A stretch of DNA of 64,000 nt from NCBI RefSeq assembly GCF_009914755.1, contig NC_060941.1; one strand, 5' to 3'. The notes below the pieces were generated by a model, which saw only the letters and a list, made by a program, of their open reading frames with translations, had not been told where the DNA came from and searched no databases. Below are positions 14,440-29,281 of the stretch, piece after piece (position 1 is the stretch's first letter; every line of letters starts with the position of its first letter). The stretch is from the human T2T-CHM13v2.0 reference genome, Homo sapiens. Both the position numbers and the translations under genes were made by a program.

Positions 14440-14620
14440 GAGAGTCATGGAGTCAGACATGCTGGACTTCTGGCTCTAACCTTGCTAGCTGTGTGACTTT
14501 GACCTCTTTGACATTCATCTATATAATAGGGTAACAGTACTACCTACTTATCAGGGCTGTTGTGGAGACTGTAGGAGAAACACCTGCACCAGAGCTCTGA
14601 GCACTCAAGCAATGGTAGCC
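14440..14620 (+). mobile_element. MIR
   Basis: ggagtcagac...tagctgtgtgactttg...tacctacttatcagggctgttgtggag. Confidence 0.7.
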
Positions 14621-14659
14621 CTTCATGTTGTTGGAGTTTAAGAGCGCTGTAGAATCTTA

Positions 14660-14824
14660 CCCCTCAAAGGATGATGCACAGACCAGCCATTGGGCTTCAC
14701 TTGGGAGCCAGTGAGAAATGCAGACTCCCAGGCCCCACCCCAAACCTACTAAATCAGAATCACCATTTTATTATAACGAAAACTCCAGGTAATTCATACA
14801 TGCATTAAAATTTGAGAAGCACTG
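14660..14824. mobile_element. MER5A/B-like element
   Basis: gaaatgcagactcccaggccccacccc...aaatcagaatc...tttgagaagcactg. Confidence 0.7.
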
Positions 14825-15383
14825 ATAAAAAATATTTTTTTTTAATTTCAGTGAAGTCCCCTCAATGGCCTTTAAGATCACTTCTAAGATTCATATGCCA
14901 CACAGTCTCATTCTATATCCTGCATGTTGGAAGCCAGGTTGTCCCATAGCTGAGGAAGAAAATAATTTGAAGAGCTCTGAGGGAGGATGCAGAGACCTCT
15001 TAAGATTCCAGTGACCTGTTCTAGATAGGGAACCAAAACCAGCAACAGAGACATGTTACATTTGCCCATTCCAGTGAAACTCAGGTATCAGTTGAGCAAA
15101 GATGAGTAAGACAGATTCTGCCTGTGAGAAGCCAGGCAGTAAAACTCCTGCCGAGTAAATGGGAAGTGCCATGAAGTAGATACCATGAACAGTGGAGGAT
15201 ATTATAAGAGAAAAATGTTGCCTCTGAATGGACGGGTCCTAAATGGCCTCCTATGGGAGACGGGGTTGAGAGAATTACCTTGCAGGAAAAGAAGAAAGTG
15301 ACGGGCTGAGAATAGGGCAGGGCAGGTATTTCAGGTGGGGGAGCCTCCTAAACAAAGACATGATCATGGAAATGCAGATGTGT

Positions 15384-15582
15384 GGGGCCATAAGTCACCT
15401 GTAGAGGGTAGAGCAGAAAAGTCATGGGACCATAAGCCAACTGTAGAGGGTGGGCAGGAAGGTGATGGGGCCATAAGTCACCTGTAGAAGGTAATGAGAA
15501 AGCGATGGGGCTATAGGACACCTGTAGGGAGGTAGTGGAAAAGTGAAGGCACCGTAGGACACCTGTAGGGGGCAGTAGGAAA
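15384..15582. repeat. Degenerate minisatellite, 5 x ~41 bp
   Basis: Units ggggccataagtcacctgtagagggt... start at ~15384, 15426, 15467, 15507 and 15548. Confidence 0.9.
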
Positions 15583-16529
15583 CAGAGCTAGAAAGGCGGG
15601 TTGGAGGCACAAAAATGTGAGCTGAGTTAAACATTACAATTAATGACCACTGCCCATGCCCTCTTCCTCCTTGTTACACTTCTGCCTTTAAGAACAGAAC
15701 TAAGGAGCAAAGCAGCACGCAAAAAGCAGACCTCTGTGTGTGGCTGACTCCATGGACAGAGATGGACTACAAACTGATGTTCAACTCCCCTCACCTCTAC
15801 TCTTCTCAGCACGACTGTCCCCGTTTGTGTGAATTGTGGTGCAGCTCAGACTGCAGAGCTGAAGGGAGTTGAGTGGGTTTATGGATTTCGTGCTCCCCAG
15901 AGACTCAACCATGGCCCCAATCATGGATAGTTTCACTGTTGCAGGCCTCAGTTTCCTCATGTAAATCAGAGCATTGAAGATTGATAAGACCCTTTATTGT
16001 CCGACATTCTGGGATAGTTTCAAGGTAAGACACTTCCTAAATGTCGGCCTACTGCATCGAATAAGGTGGGGAGCTTTTCCCCCAGAGGATGTCTTTGAGT
16101 TTGAACACCCCATGTGTTCTCAGAGCAGTCTATTCTTCTGCCACTCTGAGTCTTGGACCATTCATATCCTTGTTTACCAGTAATAAGACCCTCCCAATAT
16201 GAACATAGGACTGAAAAGAAGTGGCTTTTTTCTAAGGTTAATAGCAGATTGTTCGTAGTTCATACCTGAAGGCCCTTCCACAAGGAATTCAAAAATGTGC
16301 AGTTTGGGTTCAGAGGGGCCAGAGCTCATAAAGTATTCATTCCTTGAATAGGATTGATGTCAGACTCTTGTTCTCTTCATCTGCTTCCCAGTGAATCTTT
16401 TTTTTTTCTTCTGTCCTGGGGGAGTAATTCTGGGGAAATGTAATGGTTTTCTGGTTTTTCACTAAGAGCAGTTGAACGCCTGAGCCCTGAATCCATTTAA
16501 CCAAAATAGATAGGGCCATGGCATAGTCA

Positions 16530-16953
16530 TTAGCTGCTGTGCCAAAACTCATGTTGAAATTTGACTCTCAGTGCGGCAGTGTTAGGAGGTGGAGCCTAGT
16601 AGAGGGGTGTTGGCTCTTGGGGGAGGATTCCTCAGGAATAGATTATTGTTGTCCCATCGGGGTGAGTTCTTTCTCTCACAGAACTGGATTAATTTCCTGA
16701 GAATGGGTTATTATAAAAGTGAGTTTGCTTCCTAGATGCTCTCTTGCTTCCTCTGTTGCCATGTGATCTCCATACACACCTAGACCCCGCTTTGCTTTGT
16801 CATGAATGGAAGCATCATGAGCCCCTCAGCAGATATAGCTGCCCAGTCCTGGACTTTGCAGCCACCAGAATCGAGAGCGAAATAAACCTCATTTCTTTAT
16901 AAATTACCCAGCCTCAGGTATTCTGATACAGCAACACAAAATGGACTAAGACA
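16530..16953 (+). mobile_element. MST (MSTB-like) MaLR solo LTR
   Basis: aaaactcatgttgaaatttg...aataaacctcatttctttataaattacccagcctcaggtattct...gactaagaca. Confidence 0.85.
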
Positions 16954-17369
16954 TGAGCTATGCCCAGATTGGGGTGTAGCAGATTAGAGAGAAGCTTACG
17001 CTTATGCAATGAAGACATTGTTCCCACAGTGAAAAACCAAGGAGAGAGCCACAAATGTAGACAAGTGGGCAGTGAGGGAATGGAGCCCCAAGCCAGGATC
17101 CACAAAGAAGGCCCTACATGGCTGGGGCTGAATAAGGCAGGTTCTTTGGCAGCATCAGGTGGGAGGTGGGGTACCAGTGGACCAAATGAGTAGAATCAGT
17201 AACCCCCTTTTTGTGCGAATTGAGAGGTTCTGGGGAAGCCTCGCTCTTGAGCATTTGCCCCTAAGCCTATTGTTCTACACAAATTCTGTCATCTTAGCCT
17301 TTTCTTTAGATATGAGACATTCCTAGTCTTCAGGAGATCCCCTTTAAGAAGATATCTCGGCATTTATTG

Positions 17370-18460
17370 AGGTATTGGGCCTTGGTCCTTTTCCTCCAAA
17401 TTCCTCTTCCCCTAGTGTTCCCCACCTTGGTAAATGGCTCCACTAGCTATACAGTTGCTCAAGCAGCACTCTACACACTGCACACTATCCTTGACATCTT
17501 TCTCTCTCTCACTGCCTGCATCCAAGTCCGTTACCATTCTATTTCATTCTCTTGAACTTACACACCATTTGCCCCCTTCTTAGCCAGGATCCTAGTCTGT
17601 ACCTCCTCTGCTTCCCATCCAGATGAGTTGCAAAGGTCTCCTCCATGCAGTTCCATTTCCACTGCCCACCCTTCACCCACATCCTGTCCTCTACTGAGCA
17701 GCCAGACTGATCTAACTCATTCTACCTCATTTAACCAAATTTGCTCCAATGTACCTTCCTAACCTAATGTATTCCAGTGTAATCTTTCTAAAGCTCAGCT
17801 CTATTGTTATTACTTAGGTTATTTATTTGAGCCAGAATCTTATATATATATATTAACCCTAACTCTTTGGAACAGTGCTTGCCCATCATAAAAATGCTGA
17901 GCTCAAAACTCTGAAATGGCAAGATGCACCTACTCTTCTTTCATTCCTCTATTCTGTGGTAAAAAACATGACTCAGAATCAAAGCAAACAAGGCTCTACA
18001 TCATCTAGCCCTTGCTTAACACCCAGGCATCTTGCTCTGCTGCTGTCCTTCTTGCTCACTGCACTCTAGCCAAAATTGGTTTCTTTTCTGCTCTTCCCTT
18101 TTTAGGGCCTTTGCACAGGCTGTTCTTCTGTCTGGAATGTTCTTCCACTTTGGTACTTATTGAACCAATATACTCATCGTCCAGATCTCTGCCTAAATTT
18201 TCCTTTCTCTAGTAAGTCTTCCTTGGCCCTTAAGTGAAAATTATATCTTTCATAATATTTTCTTTATCATACTCTTCAAAAAATTATTTTTAACTTGTAT
18301 GCTGTCTTGCCTAATGCCTGTCTTTGCCCCTGTGTGAGCAAGGACCATATCTGGAGTGTTGACCACTGTGTTCCCTATGGCTAGCACAGTGCCTGGCACA
18401 TATTTGATGCCCAGTGGATATTCACTACAGAATGAGTGGATGGATGGATGGATAAATTGA
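17370..18460 (+). mobile_element. L2 fragments ending in L2 3' tail
   Basis: gcctttgcacaggctgttc...tagcacagtgcctggcacata...gaatgagtggatggatgg. Confidence 0.65.
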
Positions 18461-19216
18461 AACAACTCCAACCTGGGAGTCAAGAGACCTGAGAACTTCC
18501 AGGTAAATGTAGTATTAGAAAATTGCTTCATCTTTCTGAGTCTGCACCTCCGTACCTGTAAATTTTTGAGAAGATATTTTTCATTTCTAATATTCCAGGA
18601 CTCCTGCATATGTGCTGAGACACAATGCATCTGTGCTAAGACAGTCCCTTCCACCTCTGTCAAAGTTGGTGCCCCTTTAATTGAGTCATCTCTGTACCTT
18701 TTATGAACCTATTACCACTCAATCATATACATTTTTGAACACAAAAGTCTGCATATTGCCTTTTTCAGCTTAATATTCCTTGTAGATCATTTGATATCTA
18801 CACCTACAGCTTTAGCTCAATTCTGCACCTCCCCCATGACTGCTTAATCGTATATGCTATTATACCATCATTTATATAGCCAGTTTTAGGCCCACAACTT
18901 TATTTTTATTGATTTTTTAATGTTTTTATTTAGAAACAATTTCAGACATATATAAAAGAATAACGGTGCAGATAATTCCTGTATACCCTTCGAATTTTCC
19001 AAATTTTAACATTTTAACACATTTGGTTTATCATTTTCTATCTTTTTGCTTCTTTTAGTCTCTGTCTCTCTTTTTCATTACGTATAATATATACACAAAT
19101 ATACACATACATACATTATAAACATGTACAGTTTTGCAACTATATGTATATATTGTTTTATAATTGTTTTTCTGAAATATTTGAGAGTAAATTTCAGATA
19201 TGGTGGCCCTTTATTT

Positions 19217-19336
19217 TTTTTTCTTTTCTTTTTTTTTTTTTTTTTTTTTGAGACAGAGTCTCGCTCTGTTGCCCAGGCTGGAGTGCAGTGGCGCGATCTC
19301 GGCTCACTGCAAGCTCTGCCTCCTGGATTCACACGA
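19217..19336 (-). mobile_element. Severely 5'-truncated AluY-like insert
   Basis: Poly-T plus ~87 nt of right arm (caagctctgcc); TSD tggccctttattt at 19204-19216 and 19337-19349. Confidence 0.92.
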
Positions 19337-19597
19337 TGGCCCTTTATTTCTAAGTACATATGTATTTTTTTAAACTCAAGGACATTCTTTTACACAGCCA
19401 CAGTATGCTTATCAAAATCAGAAAAATTATCATTGATACAATACCAGTACATAATCTAAAGTGTTTATTCAAACGTACCACTAGTGTAAAAAGAAAAATG
19501 TTTTTCCTGGTCTGGGATCACATGTTTAGGTTTATTTCTAAGTAGCTGATCATCATTGCTGTCTGTAAATGAGGTTTCTCTGCCACAGGCCCTCTAA

Positions 19598-20117
<520 letters not shown>

Positions 20118-20631
20118 TGAATAGTAGAGAAGATAAAGGGCATCTTTGCTTTGTTTCTGATGTTAGTGGAAATCCCTCCAGAGCGTTTCCATTAAGATCC
20201 TGTCTTTATGACTAAGGTAGATAGACAGAGATGCTAGATAGATAGATACAGATTGATTCACAAGAATTCATGTTGAGAAATTATCCTTCAGTTCCTATTG
20301 TCTTGAGTTTTTTTATTAATCAAGAATGGATACTGAATTTTGTCAAAAGCTTTTTCAGCATCTGTAGAGATCATCATAGACTTTCCCCTTAGATCTGTTT
20401 TTTTGTTTTATAATTTAAATGGATTTCCTAATATTGACCTAATCTTGCAGTCTTGGAATAAATCCCATGTTGTTTTATTTTCTTAATATAGTATTGGATA
20501 CTGTTTGCTAATATTTCATTTAGCATTTTTGTGTCAATATTCATGAATGATACTGGTTGATAGTTTTCTTTCTCATACTGTCTTTATCCTGTTTAGTATC
20601 AATGTTATACTTGCTTTATTAAAAGAATTAG

Positions 20632-21144
20632 GGTTGGTTCCAAGTCTTTGCTACTGTGAACAGTGCTGCAATAAACGTACGTGTGCATGTGTCTTTATAG
20701 TAGAATGATTTATAATCCTTTGAGTGTATACCCAGTAATGGGATTGCTGGGTCAAATGGAATTTCTGGTTCTAGATCCTTGAGGAATCGCCACACTGTCT
20801 TCCACGACGGTTGAACTAATTTATTCTCCCACCAACAGTGTAAAAGCGTTCCTCAACAAACTAACACAGGAACAGAAAGCCAAACACCACATATTCTCAC
20901 TCATAAGTGGGAGCTGAACAATGAGAACACATGGACACAGGGAAGGGAACATCACACACCAGGGCCTGTTGGGGGTTGGGGGGCAAGGGAAGGGAGAGCA
21001 TTAGGACAAATACCTAATGCATGCGGGGCTTAAAACCTAGATGATGGTTGACAGGTGCGGCAAACCAACCTGGCACGTGGATACCTATGTAACAAACCTG
21101 CACGTTCTGCACATGTATCTCAGAACTTAAAGTAAAATTTTAAA
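20632..21144 (+). mobile_element. 5'-inverted (twin-primed) L1PA7/8-like insertion
   Basis: Antisense L1 at 20632-20853 followed by sense 3' end at 20854-21144; TSD aaaagaattag at 20621-20631 and 21145-21155. Confidence 0.9.
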
Positions 21145-21622
21145 AAAAGAATTAGAAATTCCCCTCCATTTTCAATGCTCTGGAACCCATATGTACAACA
21201 TAGTGGCTCTCTGGTTTTTGTAGGCTGGAAACGGTTCTCCTATGAAACCATCGGGGCCTAGAACTTTTAGGTAGGGTAGTTTATTAACTTAAATTTTTTT
21301 ACAAGCTGTACATTTTTAGCTGTTTCATTTATATTTTAAAATGTTGACTTTTAGGTAGATTTTCATATGTTTTTTTCCTAGTAGTTACCTTTGTACTTAC
21401 TTCTTAAATACTACTTAGTTCCAAGTGCTTGTATTTAACTTTGTAAAACTAGTTTATCAATTTTATTGGTATTTCTTAACTTACACTTCCTGCCTATACA
21501 ACAATCAATGTGATTATTCTACTTTTTTTTCCTGCCTCCTTTCTCTTTCCAGTTTTTAGTTGCATTATTTCTACTTTGTCACATACAGCATCTGGGTGCT
21601 AAATGTCTACTCTCTTACCTGC

Positions 21623-21625
<3 letters not shown>

Positions 21626-21676
<51 letters not shown>
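21626..21676. repeat. (TG)~25 microsatellite
   Basis: Perfect TG run. Confidence 0.97.
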
Positions 21677-21677
<1 letters not shown>

Positions 21678-22821
21678 CACTACCTTTTAATTTTGTTTTT
21701 TCTCTGAAGTTTGCCCAGTCCTCTCTTGGCTGGAGTTTATCTTCCAACAGATTGCTCAAGTAGGGCTTGTGGATGCATAATTCCCTGAGTTCTTGTGTGT
21801 TGAAACTGTTGTTTTACGTACTTGACACCTGAAGGCAATCTGCCTGGTTTTGAAATTCTAGGTTCACACCTTCTTTTCCTGGAAAATGCTGTCCCATTGT
21901 TGCCTTGCTTTCTATGTTACTTTTTTTTTTTTTGAGACGTCTGATGACAGTTAAATTCTTCTCATCTTATAAGTTATTTGATCTTTTTGTTTAAAAGGCT
22001 TGAGAATTTTTTTCTTTCTCTTTGAAGTCTTGGTTTTGCTAGGACATCAGAGTTGATGATTCCGAGTACATTTTCCAGGTACCTGGTGGGCTTTTTTCAT
22101 ACGTACCTTAGTGTCATATCCAAGGGAGATTAGAGCCCCCCCTTAGGCATCTTGTACATTAGTCCTCATTTTGTCTTTTTCTTTCATTTCTTTCTCAAGT
22201 TCAATTAATTCTTTTTAAATTTTTCCTTTCTGCTGGTTGTTTTTAATTTTTGAATTTCTGTTTTAAAACTTTTTTTTCTTAATAACTACAAATGTGTCCT
22301 TAAGGCTGTTTAATTCATTTCCAAGTATTGTGTTAGATTTTCTCCTGCTTCATGGTTAGTTTTGCGTAATTTTGGGAGAAAATTGTTGTCAGTATAGGAG
22401 TTTGGATTTGGAGTCTCATTTTACATTTTTAACAATAGATTAGTATTTGTTTATTCATATTTTTATCCCTTTAAAAATTTATAGCTGTATATACTATTCG
22501 TATTTTAAAAAGGCATCCTCTTCTATTAGTACAAAAAATACAATTTTATTAATGGATATGATGGTGATGATGATGATGAGGAAGTAGTTATGTGTCCTCT
22601 GATTTTTTTGGTCCTCTTTCGTCTTACAGGATGCCACTACTCCCCACTTCTATGCCTCCTTTTCTTTAATGAACAATCTCCAGAGTGCTTCTTTCCCTAT
22701 TTTACTTTCTTCTCATTCAGAAGACTGTTACTTTGAGTTGCATGTAATCAATACTCTGACCTACCAGGACACTTTTCCAGTATTTTCATACTTAGGATGA
22801 ACTTCCGCATTCCGACAGTAG

Positions 22822-23196
<375 letters not shown>

Positions 23197-23636
23197 TAGG
23201 TTATTTTTTTTTTTCCAGACTGTCTTGCTCACCACAAGGATTGTAGCAGGAGTGGAAAGATCACTTGCTGTATATTTTTTTCTTATTTTATTAAAAGTAA
23301 TTTAAAATCTGGGAGTTTTCTGTTTTCCAGTTACGCTAAAGACACAGCTAGGAATAACAGTGGTAATTAAGGCTGGGGCTGTCTGATTATAATGTTTTGA
23401 TTGTATTTTACAACAGAAAGATAGAGTAGGAGAAGTGGAATGCAGCTCTGTTGAAGCTGCTCATATGAAATGAAATCTGCCTTGTCCGGCTACAGTGCCT
23501 GGTCTTATGTGTAGTGCTGTATTTACTCCCTGAATTGCCACCAAGTGTGAGAAACCCTAACCAGTAATTGACTGTACTAATCAATATTGAGTGTAGGACT
23601 CAATATTGTGTCACTGACAAGTATGGAATTATTTGA

Positions 23637-23966
<330 letters not shown>

Positions 23967-24299
23967 CATTCCCCATTTTTTTAGAGTAGCAGATGCAGGA
24001 GGACAGGAATCAGAAAAACGTTTATGGAAATGTTGAGCCATGCAGAAGGTAAGAGATTTTAGCAAATGATGATGTAACTCTCCAGGCAGAAAACTAGATA
24101 AATTAAACTCCACTGTCAAAGGTCCCTGAGAAAAATTAAATCTCCATAACTAAGGGTTTTATTTTAGTCTTCATTCTCCTTGCTATTTTTTCTTCAGAAT
24201 GTGATACTATACACTTCCCACTCTTGCTTGAAAGTCATTTCTCATATTGCTAGATTACAGTTTCTTTTTTACTGTACCTTCTGTATCTTCTTTTCTACA

Positions 24300-25400
24300 G
24301 AGTTTCCTTCCATCACTCCACAAATATGCACATTTTCCAAGCTCTTGTTAAACCTCTACTATTCTCTTTCTTAACACTTTTCCTTAAAGAATGTACTTAC
24401 TTGCATGACTCTTGGGCATCTCTCTCAGCCCTGACCTTTTTGCTGAACTCCAGTAATAAAGCTTTTTAGCAGAGAAGTGGCACTGAGAGTGGGAAAGGGA
24501 GAAACTGACGTTCGTTTTCTGCCATCTCTCAAACCCAGCATCTCCTAAGGTGAGTCAGCATCTTCTCTCCAAAACCAACTTCTTTTTGTGATGAAAAGTC
24601 ATTAACATTGTTTTTCTCTAGTTGCTCAAGCTAAAACCTTGAACATAACTTCTGCTTCATTCTTTTGATACACACTCCTTGCCCCTCATCCTTGTTCTAT
24701 GGATTCTCCTTCAATACATCCTTTGACTTTTTTGTATCTGTCCATTCCCCCAGTATGAGCTTCTGTCAACTCATTTCCAATTTAATATAGCAGCTGCCTC
24801 ACTGGAATCCCTGCCTCCACCCTCTCTGCTCTACCCCTTTGACAACTGTCTATTGTCAAATTAATCTTTCTTCAATATGACTTTCATCAAATCATACTTC
24901 TGATCAGAATCTTGTAGTGGTTTCCATTTCCTATATTTCTTTCATTTTCTAGGCATTCAGGTTGTTCCACCTTCAGAGTCATTCTGATTGTCCATATGTG
25001 GGTAGCCTGCCTGGTGTACTTAATCTTTCACAGAATGCACAATAGTTTTTCTGCATCCATAAGGACTGAAATGTTTTTCACCGACTTGACTTTTCACTCA
25101 CTTACTTTACATACTACTCATACTTTATGGTTCTATACAAGTCTTGCATTTTTCTGTGTACTTCACCCTCCACGAGTTTTCTCCACACCTGAATCCTGGA
25201 ACAGTTCTTGTCTGTGGTCTCCTAGTCTTTAAACTGTTTGTTGCTTTATAATGTTGTTTAGTTATTTTTGCATATATGTCATGTGTTTCTAGTGGGATTG
25301 TTGGCTCTCTGACTAGACTAGCTTTATGGAGCACAGAGACTAGGCCTTACCTGGGAACTCTATACCTAATACTTGTTTACATTATTGGCATCTTCCTATA
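24300..25400 (+). mobile_element. L2 fragments
   Basis: cagccctgacc...tgctcaagctaaaacc...cctcactggaatccctgcctcc L2-like motifs. Confidence 0.55.
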
Positions 25401-25432
25401 CCTGGACACTTGGCCTTATTCCAGATATGTAA

Positions 25433-25737
<305 letters not shown>

Positions 25738-25849
25738 TCAGACATGTATATATTTAACTCTGATTTTAGAAGGAGTTTTTGGAATTTTTATGAGAGAGTT
25801 CGGAAGAAGTCATCTTAGACCCAACTTCATGTAATGGGGTTCTATAGTC

Positions 25850-26990
25850 ATCACAATAGTAGGCTACACTGGAATGAGAGCAATTTAAAAATTTGGTGTC
25901 TGGATACCAACAAAGATTTATTTATTTTTCTCACACTAAGTTTATAGCCGATATGGACAATCCTTTAAAGCAAATATCCTCCATGTGGTACCTCAGAAAT
26001 TTATACTAACGGAGGTTCTGCCATCCTGTAGCTGCACAGAACATGCAACCTCCCTTGTTGACACAATCATGGAGTGATATGCTGTAGTCTCTACATCAGG
26101 TCTACAGAGGGGCTCTTAATCTTTCTCCAGATTTATAAACTACAAATCTATAAAGTAAAAAGTCATGCTTTCCTCCACACATACGCATTGCAGTAGAATA
26201 GGGACAGGGAAACCACAATGAACACTCCCTTTCATAAAGGGACAGAAGGGAGGCACGCAGCAGGCACTGGTCCTTAGCAATTTTGAAATTTCTTTTGGCA
26301 GACATTGTAAGGGGCTCCTAACTTGGGGTGGAGAATGTTTGTGATTAGGCTGCAGTTCTACTCTCTGAAGGGGCTTCCTTGTCCATTGTTTAGCATGGCC
26401 CCTAGCTCCACCATTTAGGAGGTTCCTTATTTTTTATTATCCTTCCTGGCCATACTTCAAATGGGTGTTGGGGAATATATCCTCCTTAGGAACTACACGG
26501 CTTTCTCAGCCCACCAACCTGCCATAGTCAGAGGCCCAGGGATTGTTTAAAGTCCTGGAGAATATCAGGGTCTCTGTTCCCTTGGCAGTTTGTGTAAAAA
26601 ATTAGGTTTCTTATTTGATTCCATAATAATTCTAGATGTTAATCAACATACACAGTTCTTGAAATATAGTTCTCCAAACTCCTGTTTCCTTTGCTTTCCA
26701 GTCCCTTACCTCTTTTCCACTTAATGAGAGGCATTCTCAGCCTATCAGCCTTTGTAAGGGAATACACCCTTAGGCTCTTTGCTCTGAGTCACTTTGTCCA
26801 ATCTAACTATTAACCTTCTCAGCTAATGTGGCAGAGGATGAGGATTATAGAAAATGGCTCTTAAATGTTTTTACTTTGACTTGATGCATGTGACATCCAT
26901 GTGTATGTCATTGGCCACAGCAAGTCACATGGACCTGCCAAGTTTCAAGAGAGCAAGGAAATATATTCTTGCATGCACTGGGATAGAAAG
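25850..26990 (-). mobile_element. Old MaLR (MLT1 LTR pieces plus probable internal sequence)
   Basis: caacaaagatttattt...cattggccacagcaagtcacatgg LTR motifs; gaatagggacaggg...cactcccttt resembles MLT-int. Confidence 0.45.
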
Positions 26991-29281
26991 AAAGCCAAAA
27001 CAATTAGTGGATATGATGAGATACATCACTTCCTTGTGGAAACTGTGAGGCACTGAGGCAGACCTGAGCGAGGGAACCAGCAATGGTGTGGACCAGAAGA
27101 TGCCAAAAGGTGTAGGTACTCCCTTTGGGCCAGGGTCAGACAAATAGCTGAAGCGATGGTAATTGCACACTGTGGAAATAATTCTGGTGCTCTTCATGGA
27201 ACCTTCTGCAATGGCTGCCTCATAGCCTCTCATTCTTTGACCTTGGTACCCTGAAGCACCTTTGTCATGGAGGAGGGTTGAAGGAAAATTCTTCCCCATG
27301 TGGCTTGGGATCCCAGAGAGCCCCTTGAAAGACCACATTTCTTGGAGATTATGCTAATGTACCAAGGGATATCCCTAAGACTTCATAATGTAGCCTACTT
27401 TAATTTCCCCTTACTTTAGTGAGAATCCTTTCCAATAAATGTACATGATTAGAATCACTCAAGTTTTTAGGGAGTAATTGCTCTCAAGACTCAGATTTGA
27501 TAGGGGGAGGTTCAAAAGCCATCAGGGAACAGGATGGAGTCTGAGCAGGACTTTGTATCCTTCATCTCTTTGCATGGATGCAAATACCACCACAGAGCCA
27601 CTGCACTGCAAAAAAGTGCTGGGAATCTGATTGCTTTGTTGATGTATTTTATTCTGCAATTGTCAGATTCAGGGACCCACCCTGGAAGTTTTTCTAGGGG
27701 AACACAACAAAATTGCTGGCCCCATTATTGATGAGATGGGTTCTTGGGAGGGAGGTGGAAGACTTAGTGACTCCACATCAACACGGGCTCTGGAAACATG
27801 CAGGCAAAGTGGGGCTTGCCTAATAGTCAAGACTGGCCACTGGGTGGGTGTCAGCATGGCATGGTGGAAACAGGTGCTGGCGCTTAGCCAGCCTCTTCTT
27901 TGTTTTGATTAATTTGTTTCTCTTTTGTTTTATGGAACTTGACGGCACTGGTGGTGGCTTTTCGTGGTTGACTACCCCTGTAGTACCTAATTACGTAGGA
28001 TACTTTTAAAAAAGCAACAATGAACACATTTTCCAAATATGTTCTCAATCGCCTCCCTCCCTCGATAATTGGAGGCAGAGGGAAAAGAGGGCTGGGTGGT
28101 GTTCCTCAGAGACCTCCTGCCAATCAGCCCAGGCATGTCCCCATGGGGCCACTCAGGAACACAGTTGCTTGGATGCCCCATGGAATAGAGGGCTCAGACA
28201 TGCCCAGGGCCCTGAGGCCACACCCCAAGCACATGAAGCTCTCACACCTGCTGTCTTATTCCTGCACATGAGGGCTGAGGTACTGCTCAAGAACTAGGTA
28301 GGAAATTACACATTTCAACTAAAGTTCAGTCAAAATAAAAATATCAGGCAGCTTTTAGGGAGATCAAAGCCAGAGACTCAGTAAAAGCTCGTGATGCAGG
28401 CAATTCTGAAACTCCTGTCTTTGCTCTTTTGAATTAAAAGAATAATTGCAAGAAAAATAACATATTTTTATTTATTCATTCGTTCAATCTGTGACTTGAT
28501 CCTGTGCTAGGCACTGAGAGAGTCTATTGGCAAGAATCTGACTGGGCAGAAAATGGCATCGGGAGACGTGAACTGGAAGTCCTTATCTGGCCCACTGAAG
28601 ACTGGAGTGAGGGGGGAGACAGTCTAGGGACTTCATGCCTGTATATCCCAAGACTGTTTGTCTAGACACCAAATTGTTCCCAGCTCCCTCTTAATGGAGA
28701 CAGAGGAAAGAAAATATCTGTGGGTTGTGGCTGACTCACATGGCAATTTCCTTCTGTTTGACTGACCACCCCCATTTGCCCTCTCACTGTTTATAAGGGC
28801 CTGGCACTCTACCAATTATAGACTGCAGGCCAGGTGGTGAAGGAAGTCAGTGTGAGGCATGATTCACAGGGACTCCTGAACTGGTGAAACTTTCCTGTAA
28901 GAATGGAAGAACGCCCAAGCACACACAGTAATGTACACTACACCCCCACGTACAGACGAGTGCAAGGAGATTTAAACTCCGCGCCTTGACTTTCCTTCCT
29001 GGAGGACCACACTGAAGTTGTGAGTCATTTTACAACAGAAGGATGACCTCGCCTTTGGGCTCATATATTATCTTCATCTGTTGACTCTGCTACTACAAGA
29101 GGCAATGCAGCCCTCCAACAGATGCCGATTACATAGCATTCCCCTTCTCAGTGTGGAACTCCCTTTATGTGAAAAGAAGTACTGTCTGCCTCCCTCCATT
29201 CCCTGATTTCTGCACAAGAGCAATCTTACCCAAAATCCCTTCATCTTGGGCCCTCTGTTCAACTTTATCTGCAGAGCGAGA

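Noticed and set aside
15384-15582. Repeat array as CRISPR-like
   Set aside because: Eukaryotic context, units are tandem with related rather than unique spacers, and there are no cas genes
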